Shown here: piece after piece, positions 1 to 11,594 of the stretch
How the letters are laid out: each line of letters opens with the position of its first letter
Numbering within the stretch: the stretch's first letter is position 1
From: Escherichia coli
GTDB lineage: Bacteria > Pseudomonadota > Gammaproteobacteria > Enterobacterales > Enterobacteriaceae
Strand: one strand, 5' to 3'
DNA length: 64,000 nt
NCBI RefSeq assembly: GCF_003334305.1
Contig: NZ_QOWS01000017.1
The notes under the pieces: generated by a model
Seen by the model: only the letters and a program-made list of their open reading frames with translations
The model's database searches: none
Told to the model about the DNA's origin: nothing
Program-made: the position numbers and the translations under genes

Positions 1-1104
1 GCCCCATACCTGCCACGCCAGTGGTGCACCGACGCCGCGCCCCCGGCTAAACAGCTTATTGACCCGCTGGGGGCGTTTGCTGATCACGCGACCGTTAACG
101 ATCACCTCAACTTCCACATCGTAAATCCCGTACGGTAGACCCCGGGTATCCACTTCATGATTGCCCATAGTGAAGTTCTGAACGCTTAGTAGCCGCCCAT
201 CACGGGTGAGATGTACTTCGCCCGCCGCCGGTAAAAAGGCGATCACTGGCGTGGCTGACTGGCTGCTGTCGAAGATGGTGGAGCTGGCCTGGTTTCCCCA
301 GGAAAGGCCGTAAATCTTCCCTGCTGAAATGGCGGTCATCGGCCCTAAGGACTGCAAGTTCCAGGTGTCGAGCATTCCACCGGCAAATCGGTGACCGGCA
401 AAATCGCGTTCATACATCGCTTTATATAATTCACTGTCCTGTTGACCGCTACCGATCCCGTACAGCGAGCCGTCGAGCACCACATGATGTTCGCGCAGCG
501 CAGTAACGTTATTCAGCGACAGATAGCTGGATGTGTTGCTCCCGCCGTTACGCAACTGGTTGTTATAGACGCCCAAGTTATAGCTCAGATTACTGCTGAG
601 GGTGTTAACACTGGACTGCCCGATGTCTTCGCTACGTGAGCGTAGTACGGTGCCCAGCGCTTCGCGCTTGACCACCAGCTGCAGCAGCAGTTGGCGCAAG
701 CTGAGATCCAGCTGCGCGTTGTCAGTCAGGGGGATGGTAAGGGCCTCATTGAACGGGGCGTTGGCCAGAGCCATCAGCTGCTGTCGAGTTTGTTCGCTGA
801 CACTGGCGTTATCTTCACTCTCTTCCAGCTGTATTTTCCGGATGCGTAGCTGTCCATCATCCAGCCAGATAAAAGCGCTGCCGATTCGCTGATCGTCCTG
901 GCGACCCTGGCTACCGGCGAGATGAATATAGAGCGGGACGCTCATGCCGTCCTGAAGCGCCTGACTGAAGGCCTGCGGAATAATCACCCCACCTATTTGC
1001 TGCGCACTTATGTCAGCAGCGCTGGCATCGGGTTGAACGAACAAAAAGACCATGCCGAAGGCAAACTGGGCTTTCAGTCCTGGGGAGAACCGTCGTAAAG
1101 GCAT
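1..1104 (-). CDS. ecpC: EcpC (MatD) fimbrial outer-membrane usher, N-terminal part; gene continues beyond the window edge
   Basis: Minus-strand frame open from an ATG at 1104..1102 to the window edge; sits immediately downstream of the ecpB chaperone gene in the ecpRABCDE order. Start found by hand translation; not in the ORF track because it runs off the window. Confidence 0.8.
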   Translation of the reverse strand, partial: MPLRRFSPGLKAQFAFGMVFLFVQPDASAADISAQQIGGVIIPQAFSQALQDGMSVPLYIHLAGSQGRQDDQRIGSAFIWLDDGQLRIRKIQLEESEDNASVSEQTRQQLMALANAPFNEALTIPLTDNAQLDLSLRQLLLQLVVKREALGTVLRSRSEDIGQSSVNTLSSNLSYNLGVYNNQLRNGGSNTSSYLSLNNVTALREHHVVLDGSLYGIGSGQQDSELYKAMYERDFAGHRFAGGMLDTWNLQSLGPMTAISAGKIYGLSWGNQASSTIFDSSQSATPVIAFLPAAGEVHLTRDGRLLSVQNFTMGNHEVDTRGLPYGIYDVEVEVIVNGRVISKRPQRVNKLFSRGRGVGAPLAWQVWG

Positions 1105-1129
1105 TGTCGTTATCCATCTGCACAGCTAT

Positions 1130-1798
1130 CTATTTCACGGGAATGAACTTATCACCCTGCCAAAGTGCAACCCGTCCTTTGTTATCCGCAGTGTCCACAC
1201 GGGTAAAACGACGCGACTTGCCCGGCATCAGGTAGTAATTCTCTTTACACTCCTTACCGTTGGCGGCTTTCAGGCAAGGGCCGTAGGCGAGGATCCGCAG
1301 CGTCGCATTTCCTGTATTTGTCAGGGAGCCGTTGGCGTACTGAAAGTGGTAGTTCGCCTGGCGAGGGGCGACGACCAGAATGGTGCCGATGCGGGCGGAA
1401 GCAGTGGCCACAGCGCTGCGGTTGGCATTATCGCGCTGCGCATCACTGAGGGCCTGATCAAACCAGACAATGCGGTAGTAGCGCTCTTTTTCATCTGCGG
1501 GTCCCTTATAGAAGAAGCGGATCACTTCGCTGGCTTGGGCGGGTAGCAGCAAGCTGGCGGGAGTGAGTAGCAACTCATCCGGCTTGTCCATTGAGATAAC
1601 CTGCCCGTCGTCAAGCGGTGAAGAGAGCCGTTCGAGACGGATATTGATAAGGCGACCACTGTCGGTACTGTTTTTGATCGTTTTGCTCAGCGTGCTGCTG
1701 TCACTGTTCATAAACGATGATATATCGCCGACATCCAGCGCCTGGGCCGGAGGTATTCCGGAAAACAGCAGAGCGAGAGGCAGAAGGTGCTTTTTCAT
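1130..1798 (-). CDS. ecpB: EcpB (MatC) periplasmic fimbrial chaperone, 222 aa
   Basis: 222-aa ORF with a signal peptide ([20 protein letters not shown]); position between ecpA and ecpC matches the E. coli common pilus operon. Confidence 0.85.
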   Translation of the reverse strand: MKKHLLPLALLFSGIPPAQALDVGDISSFMNSDSSTLSKTIKNSTDSGRLINIRLERLSSPLDDGQVISMDKPDELLLTPASLLLPAQASEVIRFFYKGPADEKERYYRIVWFDQALSDAQRDNANRSAVATASARIGTILVVAPRQANYHFQYANGSLTNTGNATLRILAYGPCLKAANGKECKENYYLMPGKSRRFTRVDTADNKGRVALWQGDKFIPVK

Positions 1799-1812
1799 AA
1801 CAATTCCGTCCA

Positions 1813-1841
1813 GGAATAAAGCAGGGGGGCTACCCCTGCTG
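1813..1841 (-). terminator. Hairpin plus T-run between ecpA and ecpB; likely partial (attenuating) intrinsic terminator after the major pilin gene
   Basis: Stem agcagggg (1820-1827) / cccctgct (1833-1840) with a 5-nt loop; on the minus-strand transcript it is followed by UUUAUUCC. Confidence 0.5.
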
Positions 1842-1855
1842 GTACATCAGAGAGA

Positions 1856-2443
1856 TTAACTGGTCCAGGTCGCGTCGAACTGTACGCTAACGTCGCCGCT
1901 CCAGATGCCTTCCGGTAGAGTGCTGTAATCGGTTACTGCGGTGGTACCATTGGTGGTGCCGCTGATGATGGTGAAGGTGAAACCATCCTGTGCGGTGGTA
2001 CGATTGCTGGCATTGTAACCGTTAGCCAGCGGGCTAAGGTTGCCGCCCAGTACGCCGTTGGCGGTATCGATCATCACGGTATCGCCAGTTTTTTCGACTG
2101 CCGCGCCGTTATAATCCACGCCCACATTCAGTGTGGAACCTGAGGTATCCAACTGGGTTAATGTGTTGGTGATAAGACGTGAGGTCAGTTTAAAGGCGGT
2201 AGCCGTTGAGTCACCCTCGATAGCCACGTCAAATAGACCTTTCTGTGAGTTAAAACCTTTAATGCCTTCGGCATACTGGAACGCCAGGCTACCGAGTGGC
2301 GTCACAACCAGCTTACTGGTGGTGTCTTTTTTGGCTGTTGCCGACCAGGTCGCTACAGCCTGAGCTGTTACGTCAGCAGCCTGCGCCACACCCATGCCGG
2401 TAAACACCGTTACCAGAGCTATTGCCAGAACCTTTTTTTTCAT
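1856..2443 (-). CDS. ecpA: EcpA (MatB) major subunit of the E. coli common pilus, 195 aa
   Basis: 195-aa ORF with signal peptide ([22 protein letters not shown]) and Thr/Ser-rich pilin-like body; operon position. Confidence 0.85.
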   Translation of the reverse strand: MKKKVLAIALVTVFTGMGVAQAADVTAQAVATWSATAKKDTTSKLVVTPLGSLAFQYAEGIKGFNSQKGLFDVAIEGDSTATAFKLTSRLITNTLTQLDTSGSTLNVGVDYNGAAVEKTGDTVMIDTANGVLGGNLSPLANGYNASNRTTAQDGFTFTIISGTTNGTTAVTDYSTLPEGIWSGDVSVQFDATWTS

Positions 2444-2517
2444 TGCATTTCTTCCCGAGTTGAATTGAGGACGTGATGTCCCAGTGAGTCATTTTTTAAA
2501 ACTAACTTGCCTGGAGT

Positions 2518-3129
<612 letters not shown>

Positions 3130-3878
3130 TTACAGGTGCATTCAGTTTCCTTAGTAAACCGGAAGTAAATAAGATACGTAGTACATATCAATAAAGGTTA
3201 AACGAGATTAAGTTTAATTATTTTCGATTGGGCTTAAATTTATGTTTTTTTCCCGATGAGTGTCAATATGTGAACGGAAAAGGAATTCAATGGTTAAGTC
3301 AATATTTAGAAAAACTGAAAATATTGCTTTTTTGATAAGAAGAAAAAGACATTTGGTTTCATAAGGTTATTGGCAATATAACGTTCAATTCTTACTTGCA
3401 TTTTATATTGGTCAGGAACTTTGCCCTGAAGTGTTAGGAATAGTCTTAATGCGCTGTGTGATGGACTAGTAAAAAAAACAAGTTTTAAGGGTAAGGGATA
3501 GAATATAAAACTATAATGAGCTGTCATTGAAGATGATTTGCCAATCAGTAAGAAATTTTAATGGATTAACATGCCGCACAAAATGGTTATAGGTGTTCAT
3601 TACAATAAGTGATGGAAAATTGAACGGGCGTATGTACGTCATCTGTTCGGTAAGACCCCCAAGAGCCAGATTAAGTGAAGTTAAACGAAGGCTGCCAGCT
3701 GTCACAGGAACGATGGCCTCTTTGTCAGGGCACTGAGTGCAGTTATCTGTGCGCGTTACTCTAACTGGCACTCGAACGTCGGCGATGGGCTTACCGGTGG
3801 ATCAAACTGTTCCTGTGGCGTAAACGTTTTTATGTTAGTACCAACAGATTTACCACATTTATCATCTTAACAGTTTGA

Positions 3879-4112
3879 GTGAAAACGCAGGCTGCGCCGC
3901 AAAGGGAGGAGACTGAGTGGCGTGTTCAGTCTAAAAGAGGGTTGATGCCAGCATACAGGGGCGAAGCTGGTCAACAAGTCAACATTAAGATAATGGAATA
4001 TTCGGAGAGAAACGTCAGGCAGTTGGCCTCAAATGAACAGGAAGAATATATCCCCAGGAAAATTAATGTTGGTGTTATAAACACACCAACATTAATCCGA
4101 TCTGATTATTAA
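3879..4112 (+). CDS. Small hypothetical protein (77 aa), possibly the K-12 ykgL equivalent
   Basis: ORF in the ecpR–ykgO intergenic region; no recognisable domain. Position is the only support. Confidence 0.25.
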   Translation: MKTQAAPQREETEWRVQSKRGLMPAYRGEAGQQVNIKIMEYSERNVRQLASNEQEEYIPRKINVGVINTPTLIRSDY

Positions 4113-4146
4113 TCAGACAAATATCGTTAATTCGTCGAATTTTGAA

Positions 4147-4287
4147 TCAACGTTTTTTCTTACGACCCTGAACGGCCTTAAAACGTGGATTAGATTTACA
4201 AATCACATACAACCGTCCTTTTCGCTTCACAATCTGACAGTCTTGATGGCGTTCTTTTGCGGTACGCAGAGAGTTAAGAACTTTCAT
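4147..4287 (-). CDS. ykgO: Ribosomal protein L36 paralogue (zinc-independent type), 46 aa
   Basis: Hand translation of the minus strand gives [46 protein letters not shown]; its ATG overlaps the ykgM stop (TAATG). Confidence 0.9.
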   Translation of the reverse strand: MKVLNSLRTAKERHQDCQIVKRKGRLYVICKSNPRFKAVQGRKKKR

Positions 4288-4550
4288 TACGCCCCCTTTT
4301 TCGTGCTAACAAAACGACCAAAACGTTGGGTGAACCGTGCAACATTTCCTTCTGATGCCACTGTTCTCAGCTTCCCTGTATAGAACGGGTGCGATTTCGA
4401 AGAGACATCAATTGTTACGTACGGATACGTTACGCCATCCAGCTCAATCTCACGGTCTGTTTTGATAGTCGAGCCGATTTTAAAGTACTCATCAACACTG
4501 GTGTCGTGGAACACCACAGTACGATACTCAGGATGGATATTGGGCTTCAT
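4287..4550 (-). CDS. ykgM: Ribosomal protein L31 paralogue (type B, zinc-independent), 87 aa
   Basis: [30 protein letters not shown]...; start taken at the second Met of the track ORF to give 87 aa. Confidence 0.9.
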
Positions 4551-4561
4551 CATTTTTACCT

Positions 4562-4579
4562 GTTATGTTATAACATAAC
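4562..4579. promoter_or_regulatory. Zur box (zinc uptake regulator operator) in the ykgM-ykgO promoter
   Basis: Palindrome GTTATGTTATAACATAAC starts 12 bp upstream of the ykgM start codon; matches the Zur consensus core (ATGTTATAACAT). Confidence 0.75.
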
Positions 4580-4912
4580 CATAAAGATACATGCTCATCC
4601 GGATCATTTCAACACCCAATCCCTGTGACTCTTTGTGGATGTGGAATTTTCGCAACGGGGAACTCTGGCATTGTTAGCAGCCATTGGTGACGCTCCCATA
4701 AACGCCTGGATGAGTGATTGATGATGGTTTTGCTGAGAGTATGGATTTTTCGACAATGGAGGTTATCTCCACTTTACTGGCCGATGATTTATCGCAGTAT
4801 GATTGATTACCTGACAGCGTGTATTCCTCTCCCACGGATATAATAATTACTTACAAAAAGGGAGAGGATGCATATTTTAAATATCACTGAAGTGAACAGT
4901 TTATTGCCGTTA

Positions 4913-5014
4913 TTAATAGAAATGGAGAAATAAATAGGCGTATTCTACAATTGCGACAAAAACAACGATATTAATCAGTTTATGACTGATTTGTTGTACT
5001 TTATTCTCTTTCAT
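4913..5014 (-). CDS. ykgR: YkgR small membrane protein, 33 aa
   Basis: Hand translation of the minus strand: MKENKVQQISHKLINIVVFVAIVEYAYLFLHFY followed by a stop; hydrophobic C-terminal half. Confidence 0.7.
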   Translation of the reverse strand: MKENKVQQISHKLINIVVFVAIVEYAYLFLHFY

Positions 5015-6129
5015 TGGTACTTCCTCGCTTTAAAAAAGAGCGCACTTCGTAAGTGCCCTTATATAAATAACGAGTTTGGTCAACCAATTTTTTGACATGT
5101 ATCACAAATTTGAATAGATGTATTACATCGGCTATCTTTTATTGCACCAACGTCATTGATATATGTCGCCTGAAGTCAGTTCCGGGAATGAGTCTGATCT
5201 CAAGACTGGCCCAGTCCGGGCGTTGATTGGCGCTGAGGAGCATATCGCATCTCATCATAATGTCGTATCTCCTGGGGTGTTATACAAGATATCGTTGTTG
5301 GTGACCTGGGAGAGGAATTGAGTTCTATTAAACCGTCAACTATGCCGGATACATACTGGATTACACTGCAGGCACGCCTTACGAGAGAACGTGCCGCAGT
5401 GACGGGTTAATTATCTGAAAGAATTTGTGAGGCTGTATCGGTTACTCATTGATTTGATAGTTTTACTCTCGGGAGAGTAATAGATATTTAATCTATTAAC
5501 GGAAACCAGCCAGTTCCTTTCGATGCCTGAATTTGATTCCATAGTTTATCCGGAATGGTTAATTCATGAATAAGTTGTGTTCTCGTTCATGAGAAGCATA
5601 ACGTAAAGGGAAAAGCTCGATTAGACGGCAGGATTTGTCAGGGGTTATGAACGAAATTCATAAATCTGTTTGAGTGTTGCGATGGGTAGTGCAAGTTCGA
5701 AATCTCCGCAATTTACAGTCCGATGAAGGAAAATGAATATCCATAAAAAATATATCGATTTATTCTGGCGTATATACCTACTTCGACGTATTTCCAATAG
5801 TTGTTAATTAAAGGCAGGCCATTATTATTCACTCTGAATAATGAATTATTCACTGTCCGCAGAGTAAAAAATATAACTTAGGTGTCTATTTAATGACTTG
5901 CACAAAAAGCTAAATTTTCACCCATAAATAAAAATATAATCCCGCGCCCAACCACCTGATGAGTGGCTACAGACACTGGATATATTAGGTGGCGGTGCAC
6001 TTTCTTACATAAAGGTATTTCCTTTTCTGCGGAAAAGGAAATCGGGAAATCCCCGGTTTTTCTGACAAGCAGACGCCATTATTTGTGTCTGCCTATGTTC
6101 GTTAATTCGTTCATCAGGAAATTATCTCA

Positions 6130-9100
6130 ATGTCGCGTTATAAAACAGGTCATAAACAACCACGATTTCGTTATTCAGTTCTGGCCCGCTGCGTGGCGTG
6201 GGCAAATATCTCTGTTCAGGTTCTTTTTCCACTCGCTGTCACCTTTACCCCAGTAATGGCGGCACGTGCGCAGCATGCGGTTCAGCCACGGTTGAGCATG
6301 GGAAATACTACGGTAACTGCTGATAATAACGTGGAGAAAAATGTCGCGTCGTTTGCCGCAAATGCCGGGACATTTTTAAGCAGTCAGCCAGATAGCGATG
6401 CGACACGTAACTTTATTACCGGAATGGCCACAGCTAAAGCTAACCAGGAAATACAGGAGTGGCTCGGGAAATATGGTACTGCGCGCGTCAAACTGAATGT
6501 CGATAAAGATTTCTCGCTGAAGGATTCTTCGCTGGAAATGCTTTATCCGATTTATGATACGCCAACAAATATGTTGTTCACTCAGGGAGCAATACATCGT
6601 ACCGACGATCGTACTCAGTCAAATATTGGTTTTGGCTGGCGTCATTTTTCAGGAAATGACTGGATGGCGGGGGTGAACACCTTTATCGACCATGATTTAT
6701 CCCGTAGTCATACCCGCATTGGTGTTGGTGCGGAATACTGGCGCGATTATCTGAAACTGAGCGCCAATGGTTATATTCGGGCTTCTGGCTGGAAAAAATC
6801 GCCGGATATTGAGGATTATCAGGAACGCCCGGCGAATGGTTGGGATATCCGCGCAGAGGGCTATTTACCTGCCTGGCCGCAGCTTGGCGCAAGCCTGATG
6901 TATGAACAGTATTATGGCGATGAAGTCGGGCTGTTTGGTAAAGATAAGCGCCAGAAAGACCCGCATGCTATTTCTGCCGAGGTGACCTATACGCCAGTGC
7001 CTCTTCTGACACTGAGCGCCGGGCATAAGCAGGGCAAGAGCGGTGAGAATGACACTCGCTTTGGCCTGGAAGTTAATTATCGGATTGGCGAACCTCTGGA
7101 GAAACAACTCGATACAGACAGCATTCGCGAGCGTCGAATGCTGGCAGGCAGCCGCTATGACCTGGTTGAGCGTAATAACAACATCGTTCTTGAGTACCGC
7201 AAATCTGAAGTGATCCGTATTGCTCTGCCTGAGCGTATTGAAGGTAAGGGCGGTCAGACACTTTCCCTGGGGCTTGTGGTCAGCAAAGCAACTCACGGAC
7301 TGAAAAATGTGCAGTGGGAAGCGCCGTCATTACTGGCTGAAGGTGGCAAAATTACCGGTCAGGGTAGTCAGTGGCAAGTAACGCTCCCGGCTTATCGTCC
7401 AGGCAAAGACAATTATTATGCGATTTCTGCGGTTGCCTACGATAACAAAGGCAATGCCTCAAAACGCGTGCAGACAGAGGTGGTCATTACCGGAGCAGGT
7501 ATGAGTGCCGATCGCACGGCGTTAACGCTTGACGGTCAGAGCCGTATTCAAATGCTTGCTAACGGTAATGAGCAAAGACCGCTGGTGCTGTCTCTGCGCG
7601 ACGCCGAGGGCCAGCCAGTCACGGGCATGAAAGATCAGATCAAGACTGAACTAACTTTCAAACCGGCTGGAAATATTGTGACTCGTACCCTGAAGGCCAC
7701 TAAATCACAGGCAAAGCCAACACTGGGTGAGTTCACCGAAACTGAAGCCGGGGTGTATCAGTCTGTCTTTACTACCGGAACGCAGTCAGGTGAGGCAACG
7801 ATTACTGTTAGCGTTGATGGCATGAGCAAAACCGTCACTGCAGAACTGCGGGCCACGATGATGGATGTGGCAAACTCCACCCTGAGCGCTAACGAGCCGT
7901 CAGGTGACGTGGTTGCTGATGGTCAGCAAGCCTATACGTTGACGTTGACTGCGGTGGACTCCGAGGGTAATCCGGTGACGGGAGAAGCCAGCCGCTTGCG
8001 ATTTGTTCCGCAAGACACTAATGGTGTAACCGTTGGTGCCATTTCGGAAATAAAACCAGGCGTTTACAGCGCCACGGTTTCTTCGACCCGTGCCGGAAAC
8101 GTTGTTGTGCGTGCTTTCAGCGAGCAGTATCAGCTGGGCACATTACAACAAACGCTGAAGTTTGTTGCCGGGCCGCTTGATGCAGCACATTCGTCCATCA
8201 CCCTGAATCCTGATAAACCGGTGGTTGGCGGTACAGTTACGGCAATCTGGACGGCAAAAGATGCTAATGACAACCCTGTAACTGGTCTCAATCCGGATGC
8301 ACCGTCATTATCGGGCGCAGCTGCTGTAGGTTCTACGGCATCAGGCTGGACGGATAATGGCGACGGGACCTGGACTGCGCAGATTTCTCTCGGCACTACG
8401 GCGGGTGAATTAGAGGTTATGCCGAAGCTAAATGGACAGGATGCGGCAGCGAATGCGGCTAAAGTAACCGTGGTGGCTGATGCGTTATCTTCAGGCCAGT
8501 CGACAGTGTCTGTAGCCGCAGATCGCGTAAAAGCAGGCGAAAGCACAACCGTGACGCTTATTGCAAAAGATGCACATGGCAACGCTATCAGTGGTCTTTC
8601 CCTGTCGGCAAGCCTGACGGGTGCTGCGTCTGAAGGGGCGACTGTTTCTGGTTGGACCGAAAAAGGTGATGGTTCCTATGTCGCTACGCTGACAACAGGT
8701 GGAAAGACGGGTGAGCTTCTCGTCATGCCGCTATTCAACGGCCAGCCAGCAGCCACCGAAGCCGCGCAGTTGACTGTCATTGCGGGGGAGATGTCATCAG
8801 CGAACTCTACGCTTGTTGCTGACAATAAGGCTCCGACCGTCAAAACGACGACGAAACTCACCTTCACCGTGAAGGATGCGTACGGGAACCTTGTCACCGG
8901 GCTGAAGCCAGATGCACCGCAGTTTAGTGGTGCCGCCAGCACGGGGACAGAGCGACCTTCAACAGGAGACTGGACAGAAACAAGTAATGGGGTCTACGTG
9001 GCGACCTTGACTCTGGGATCTGCCGCGGGCCAGTTGTCTGTGATGCCGCGAGTGAACGGCCAAAATGCCGTTGCTCAGCCACTGGTGCTGAATGTTGCTG

Positions 9101-10383
9101 GTGACGCATCTAAGGCTGAGATTCGTGATATGACGGTGAAGGTTGATAACCAGCTGGCTAATGGACAATCGACTAACCAGGTAACCCTGACCGTTGTGGA
9201 CACCTATGGTAACCCGTTGCAGGGACAAAATGTGACGCTGACTCTGCCGAAAGGTGTGACCAGCAAGACGGGGAATACGGTAACAACCGATGCGGCAGGT
9301 AAAGCCGACATTGAGCTGATGTCAACGGTTGCCGGGGAACACAGCATCACGGCCTCAGTGAATAATGCTCAGAAGACGGTTACGGTGAAATTCAAGGCGG
9401 ATTTCAGTACCGGTCAGGCGAGTCTGGAGGTTGATAGCGCCGCGCCAAAAGTAGCAAACGGCAAAGATGCCTTTACGCTGACGGCGACCGTTGAGGATAA
9501 AAATGGTAACCCTGTTCCAGGGAGCCTGGTGACCTTTAATCTGCCCCGGGGTGTCAAGCCGCTTACAGGCGATAATGTCTGGGTGAAAGCCAACGATGAG
9601 GGGACAGCAGAGTTGCAGGTGGTTTCAGTGACTGCCGGAACGTATGAGATCACGGCATCGGCGGGGAATAGCCAGCCTTCGGATACGCAGACTATAACGT
9701 TTGTAGCCGATAAGGCTACCGCAACCGTCTCCGGTATTGAGGTGATTGGCAACTATGCGCTGGCGGACGGCAAAGCCAAACAAACGTATAAAGTTACGGT
9801 GACTGATGCCAATAACAATTTGGTGAAAGATAGCGACGTGACGCTGACTGCCAGCCCGGCTTCGTTAAACCTGGAACCGAATGGCACTGCGACAACGAAT
9901 GAGCAAGGGCAGGCTATTTTCACCGCTACCACTACTGTTGCGGCGACATACACACTCAAGGCGCAAGTGAGTCAGACCAACGGTCAGGTATCAACGAAAA
10001 CTGCCGAATCTAAATTCGTTGCGGATGATAAAAACGCGGTACTCACCGCATCATCTGATATGCAATCTCTGGTGGCGGATGGGAAATCGACTGCGAAGCT
10101 GGAGGTGACACTGATGTCGGCAAACAACCCCGTTGGCGGGAATATGTGGGTCGACATTCAGACGCCGGAAGGGGTGACGGAGAAGGATTATCAGTTCCTG
10201 CCGTCGAAAAATGACCATTTCGTGAGCGGAAAAATCACGCGTAAATTTAGTACCAGCAAGCCTGGTGTCTATACGTTCACATTTAACGCCCTGACCTATG
10301 GCGGGTACGAAATGAAGCCAGTGACGGTGACCATTACCGCGGTGGATGCCGATACGGCAAAGGACGAGGAGGCGATGAAATAA
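6130..10383 (+). CDS. eaeH: Intimin/invasin-family outer-membrane adhesin EaeH (FdeC), intact 1417-aa form
   Basis: 1417-aa ORF: N-terminal region and beta-barrel segment followed by many Ig-like (Big) repeats with recurring ...TVTAxDAxGNPV... units; lies next to ykgA. Confidence 0.85.
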   Translation: MSRYKTGHKQPRFRYSVLARCVAWANISVQVLFPLAVTFTPVMAARAQHAVQPRLSMGNTTVTADNNVEKNVASFAANAGTFLSSQPDSDATRNFITGMATAKANQEIQEWLGKYGTARVKLNVDKDFSLKDSSLEMLYPIYDTPTNMLFTQGAIHRTDDRTQSNIGFGWRHFSGNDWMAGVNTFIDHDLSRSHTRIGVGAEYWRDYLKLSANGYIRASGWKKSPDIEDYQERPANGWDIRAEGYLPAWPQLGASLMYEQYYGDEVGLFGKDKRQKDPHAISAEVTYTPVPLLTLSAGHKQGKSGENDTRFGLEVNYRIGEPLEKQLDTDSIRERRMLAGSRYDLVERNNNIVLEYRKSEVIRIALPERIEGKGGQTLSLGLVVSKATHGLKNVQWEAPSLLAEGGKITGQGSQWQVTLPAYRPGKDNYYAISAVAYDNKGNASKRVQTEVVITGAGMSADRTALTLDGQSRIQMLANGNEQRPLVLSLRDAEGQPVTGMKDQIKTELTFKPAGNIVTRTLKATKSQAKPTLGEFTETEAGVYQSVFTTGTQSGEATITVSVDGMSKTVTAELRATMMDVANSTLSANEPSGDVVADGQQAYTLTLTAVDSEGNPVTGEASRLRFVPQDTNGVTVGAISEIKPGVYSATVSSTRAGNVVVRAFSEQYQLGTLQQTLKFVAGPLDAAHSSITLNPDKPVVGGTVTAIWTAKDANDNPVTGLNPDAPSLSGAAAVGSTASGWTDNGDGTWTAQISLGTTAGELEVMPKLNGQDAAANAAKVTVVADALSSGQSTVSVAADRVKAGESTTVTLIAKDAHGNAISGLSLSASLTGAASEGATVSGWTEKGDGSYVATLTTGGKTGELLVMPLFNGQPAATEAAQLTVIAGEMSSANSTLVADNKAPTVKTTTKLTFTVKDAYGNLVTGLKPDAPQFSGAASTGTERPSTGDWTETSNGVYVATLTLGSAAGQLSVMPRVNGQNAVAQPLVLNVAGDASKAEIRDMTVKVDNQLANGQSTNQVTLTVVDTYGNPLQGQNVTLTLPKGVTSKTGNTVTTDAAGKADIELMSTVAGEHSITASVNNAQKTVTVKFKADFSTGQASLEVDSAAPKVANGKDAFTLTATVEDKNGNPVPGSLVTFNLPRGVKPLTGDNVWVKANDEGTAELQVVSVTAGTYEITASAGNSQPSDTQTITFVADKATATVSGIEVIGNYALADGKAKQTYKVTVTDANNNLVKDSDVTLTASPASLNLEPNGTATTNEQGQAIFTATTTVAATYTLKAQVSQTNGQVSTKTAESKFVADDKNAVLTASSDMQSLVADGKSTAKLEVTLMSANNPVGGNMWVDIQTPEGVTEKDYQFLPSKNDHFVSGKITRKFSTSKPGVYTFTFNALTYGGYEMKPVTVTITAVDADTAKDEEAMK

Positions 10384-10419
10384 TTTTAAGAATATGAAAG
10401 TAACATTCTAATAAACAAT

Positions 10420-10454
10420 AATGGCGTTGACATCTTCAACGCCATTATTTATTG
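10420..10454. terminator. Bidirectional intrinsic terminator between convergent eaeH and ykgA
   Basis: Stem aatggcgttga (10420-10430) / tcaacgccatt (10436-10446) with loop catct, flanked by A/T-rich runs on both sides. Confidence 0.6.
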
Positions 10455-10503
10455 AATTTCCTGACAGTAGTCTCGTTATAAATTCATTTAGATATAGCGA
10501 AAA

Positions 10504-11394
10504 CTAAACCGGACGAACGGGGATAAAAATTTCGCAAACAACATCATTGCTATCCTTTTCTACGAAATCTTCATTGTAATAAAACCGCTCAATATCACTG
10601 CCGTTCACTCTGGCTAACCCCCTGGCGGGTAATTCCATCAGATAGAGGTTTCGCGCCCATTCAGGGTAGTGCTCCCACTCACCTTCATAGCGGAAAGAGG
10701 CATACAGTCCTCGGTTAATTGTCCACTCTTTCGGCATCTCTGAATCGGTTTGTTTGCATACCGTACCGGCAAAAGTTTCAACCGTGAGCAAATCGACCGA
10801 TTTTGTTGACGGTTCAAACGTGGAGACGAAATAGATATCCGTCTTAAAATTATTCATACATCTGGCTAAATGATGACGTCGCAGTTTGACTTCTTCATCC
10901 GGTGATTTATTCGACACTTCAATGTCATATTTAAATGAGTTGCCAAAAATAGGTGTCTCAGGAAAATTGACTAATCTACACTCCGTCTTTTGCTGTTGAC
11001 GTATTAAAAAAGAAGGGAAGATATTTGCGAGATCCCAATAATCACGGTGGCGGTATTCACGGGGAGAGCAGCCGAATAACTTTTTAAATTCGCGGCTGAA
11101 TGACTGCTGTGAATCAAAATGCAAAGAGAGTGCAATATCAAGCATAGATTTCGCGGTGAGCCGGACAAGAATGGCGGCACGACAAAGCCTTCGTTTGCGA
11201 ATGTATTCTCCCAAAGGCACATGCATGAAATTTCGGAACAGAAGCTGGATGTTGCGTCTGCTGTAGCCAGATTTCTGTGCGATATCTTCGATTGAAATAG
11301 GGTGCTCAAGATTGCACTCAATCCACTTCAGGAGCTGCTGTAGAATCTTCTGCCTGATCATCACATTCTCCATTGATTCTTCGTCATATCGCAC
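10504..11394 (-). CDS. ykgA: AraC-family transcriptional regulator with GyrI-like effector domain (YkgA); intact here
   Basis: N-terminal AraC helix-turn-helix (ISIEDIAQKSGYSRRNIQLLFRNF...FKKLFGCSPREYR) and a C-terminal GyrI-like domain; the start could instead be the Met 7 codons downstream (11373). Confidence 0.75.
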   Translation of the reverse strand: MRYDEESMENVMIRQKILQQLLKWIECNLEHPISIEDIAQKSGYSRRNIQLLFRNFMHVPLGEYIRKRRLCRAAILVRLTAKSMLDIALSLHFDSQQSFSREFKKLFGCSPREYRHRDYWDLANIFPSFLIRQQQKTECRLVNFPETPIFGNSFKYDIEVSNKSPDEEVKLRRHHLARCMNNFKTDIYFVSTFEPSTKSVDLLTVETFAGTVCKQTDSEMPKEWTINRGLYASFRYEGEWEHYPEWARNLYLMELPARGLARVNGSDIERFYYNEDFVEKDSNDVVCEIFIPVRPV

Positions 11395-11594
11395 ATTTTC
11401 GTTATGCCCTGGGCCCTAAGTGTATCAAAAACAGCAAGGGCGAAGGCAAAAGCACTGGTAGCGTCTGCTTCGTTGTCCCCGAAAATAGAGAGGTTTCAGT
11501 CCTGCATTATTAATGAATTTTTTGCATAAGTGATATCAAAATCCACGTACTAATTTGAGGTTACGTTTTAACGTAGACTCATTGTTCATGCCTA

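Noticed and set aside
5963-6256. 97-codon ORF overlapping the eaeH start
   Set aside because: It is out of frame with eaeH and overlaps it; the 1417-codon eaeH frame is far better supported.
8130-9959. Several minus-strand ORFs of 60-150 aa inside eaeH (for example 8130-8582, 9414-9752)
   Set aside because: They lie entirely antisense within a long, well-supported adhesin coding sequence and their products are low-complexity; typical antisense artefacts of repetitive sequence.
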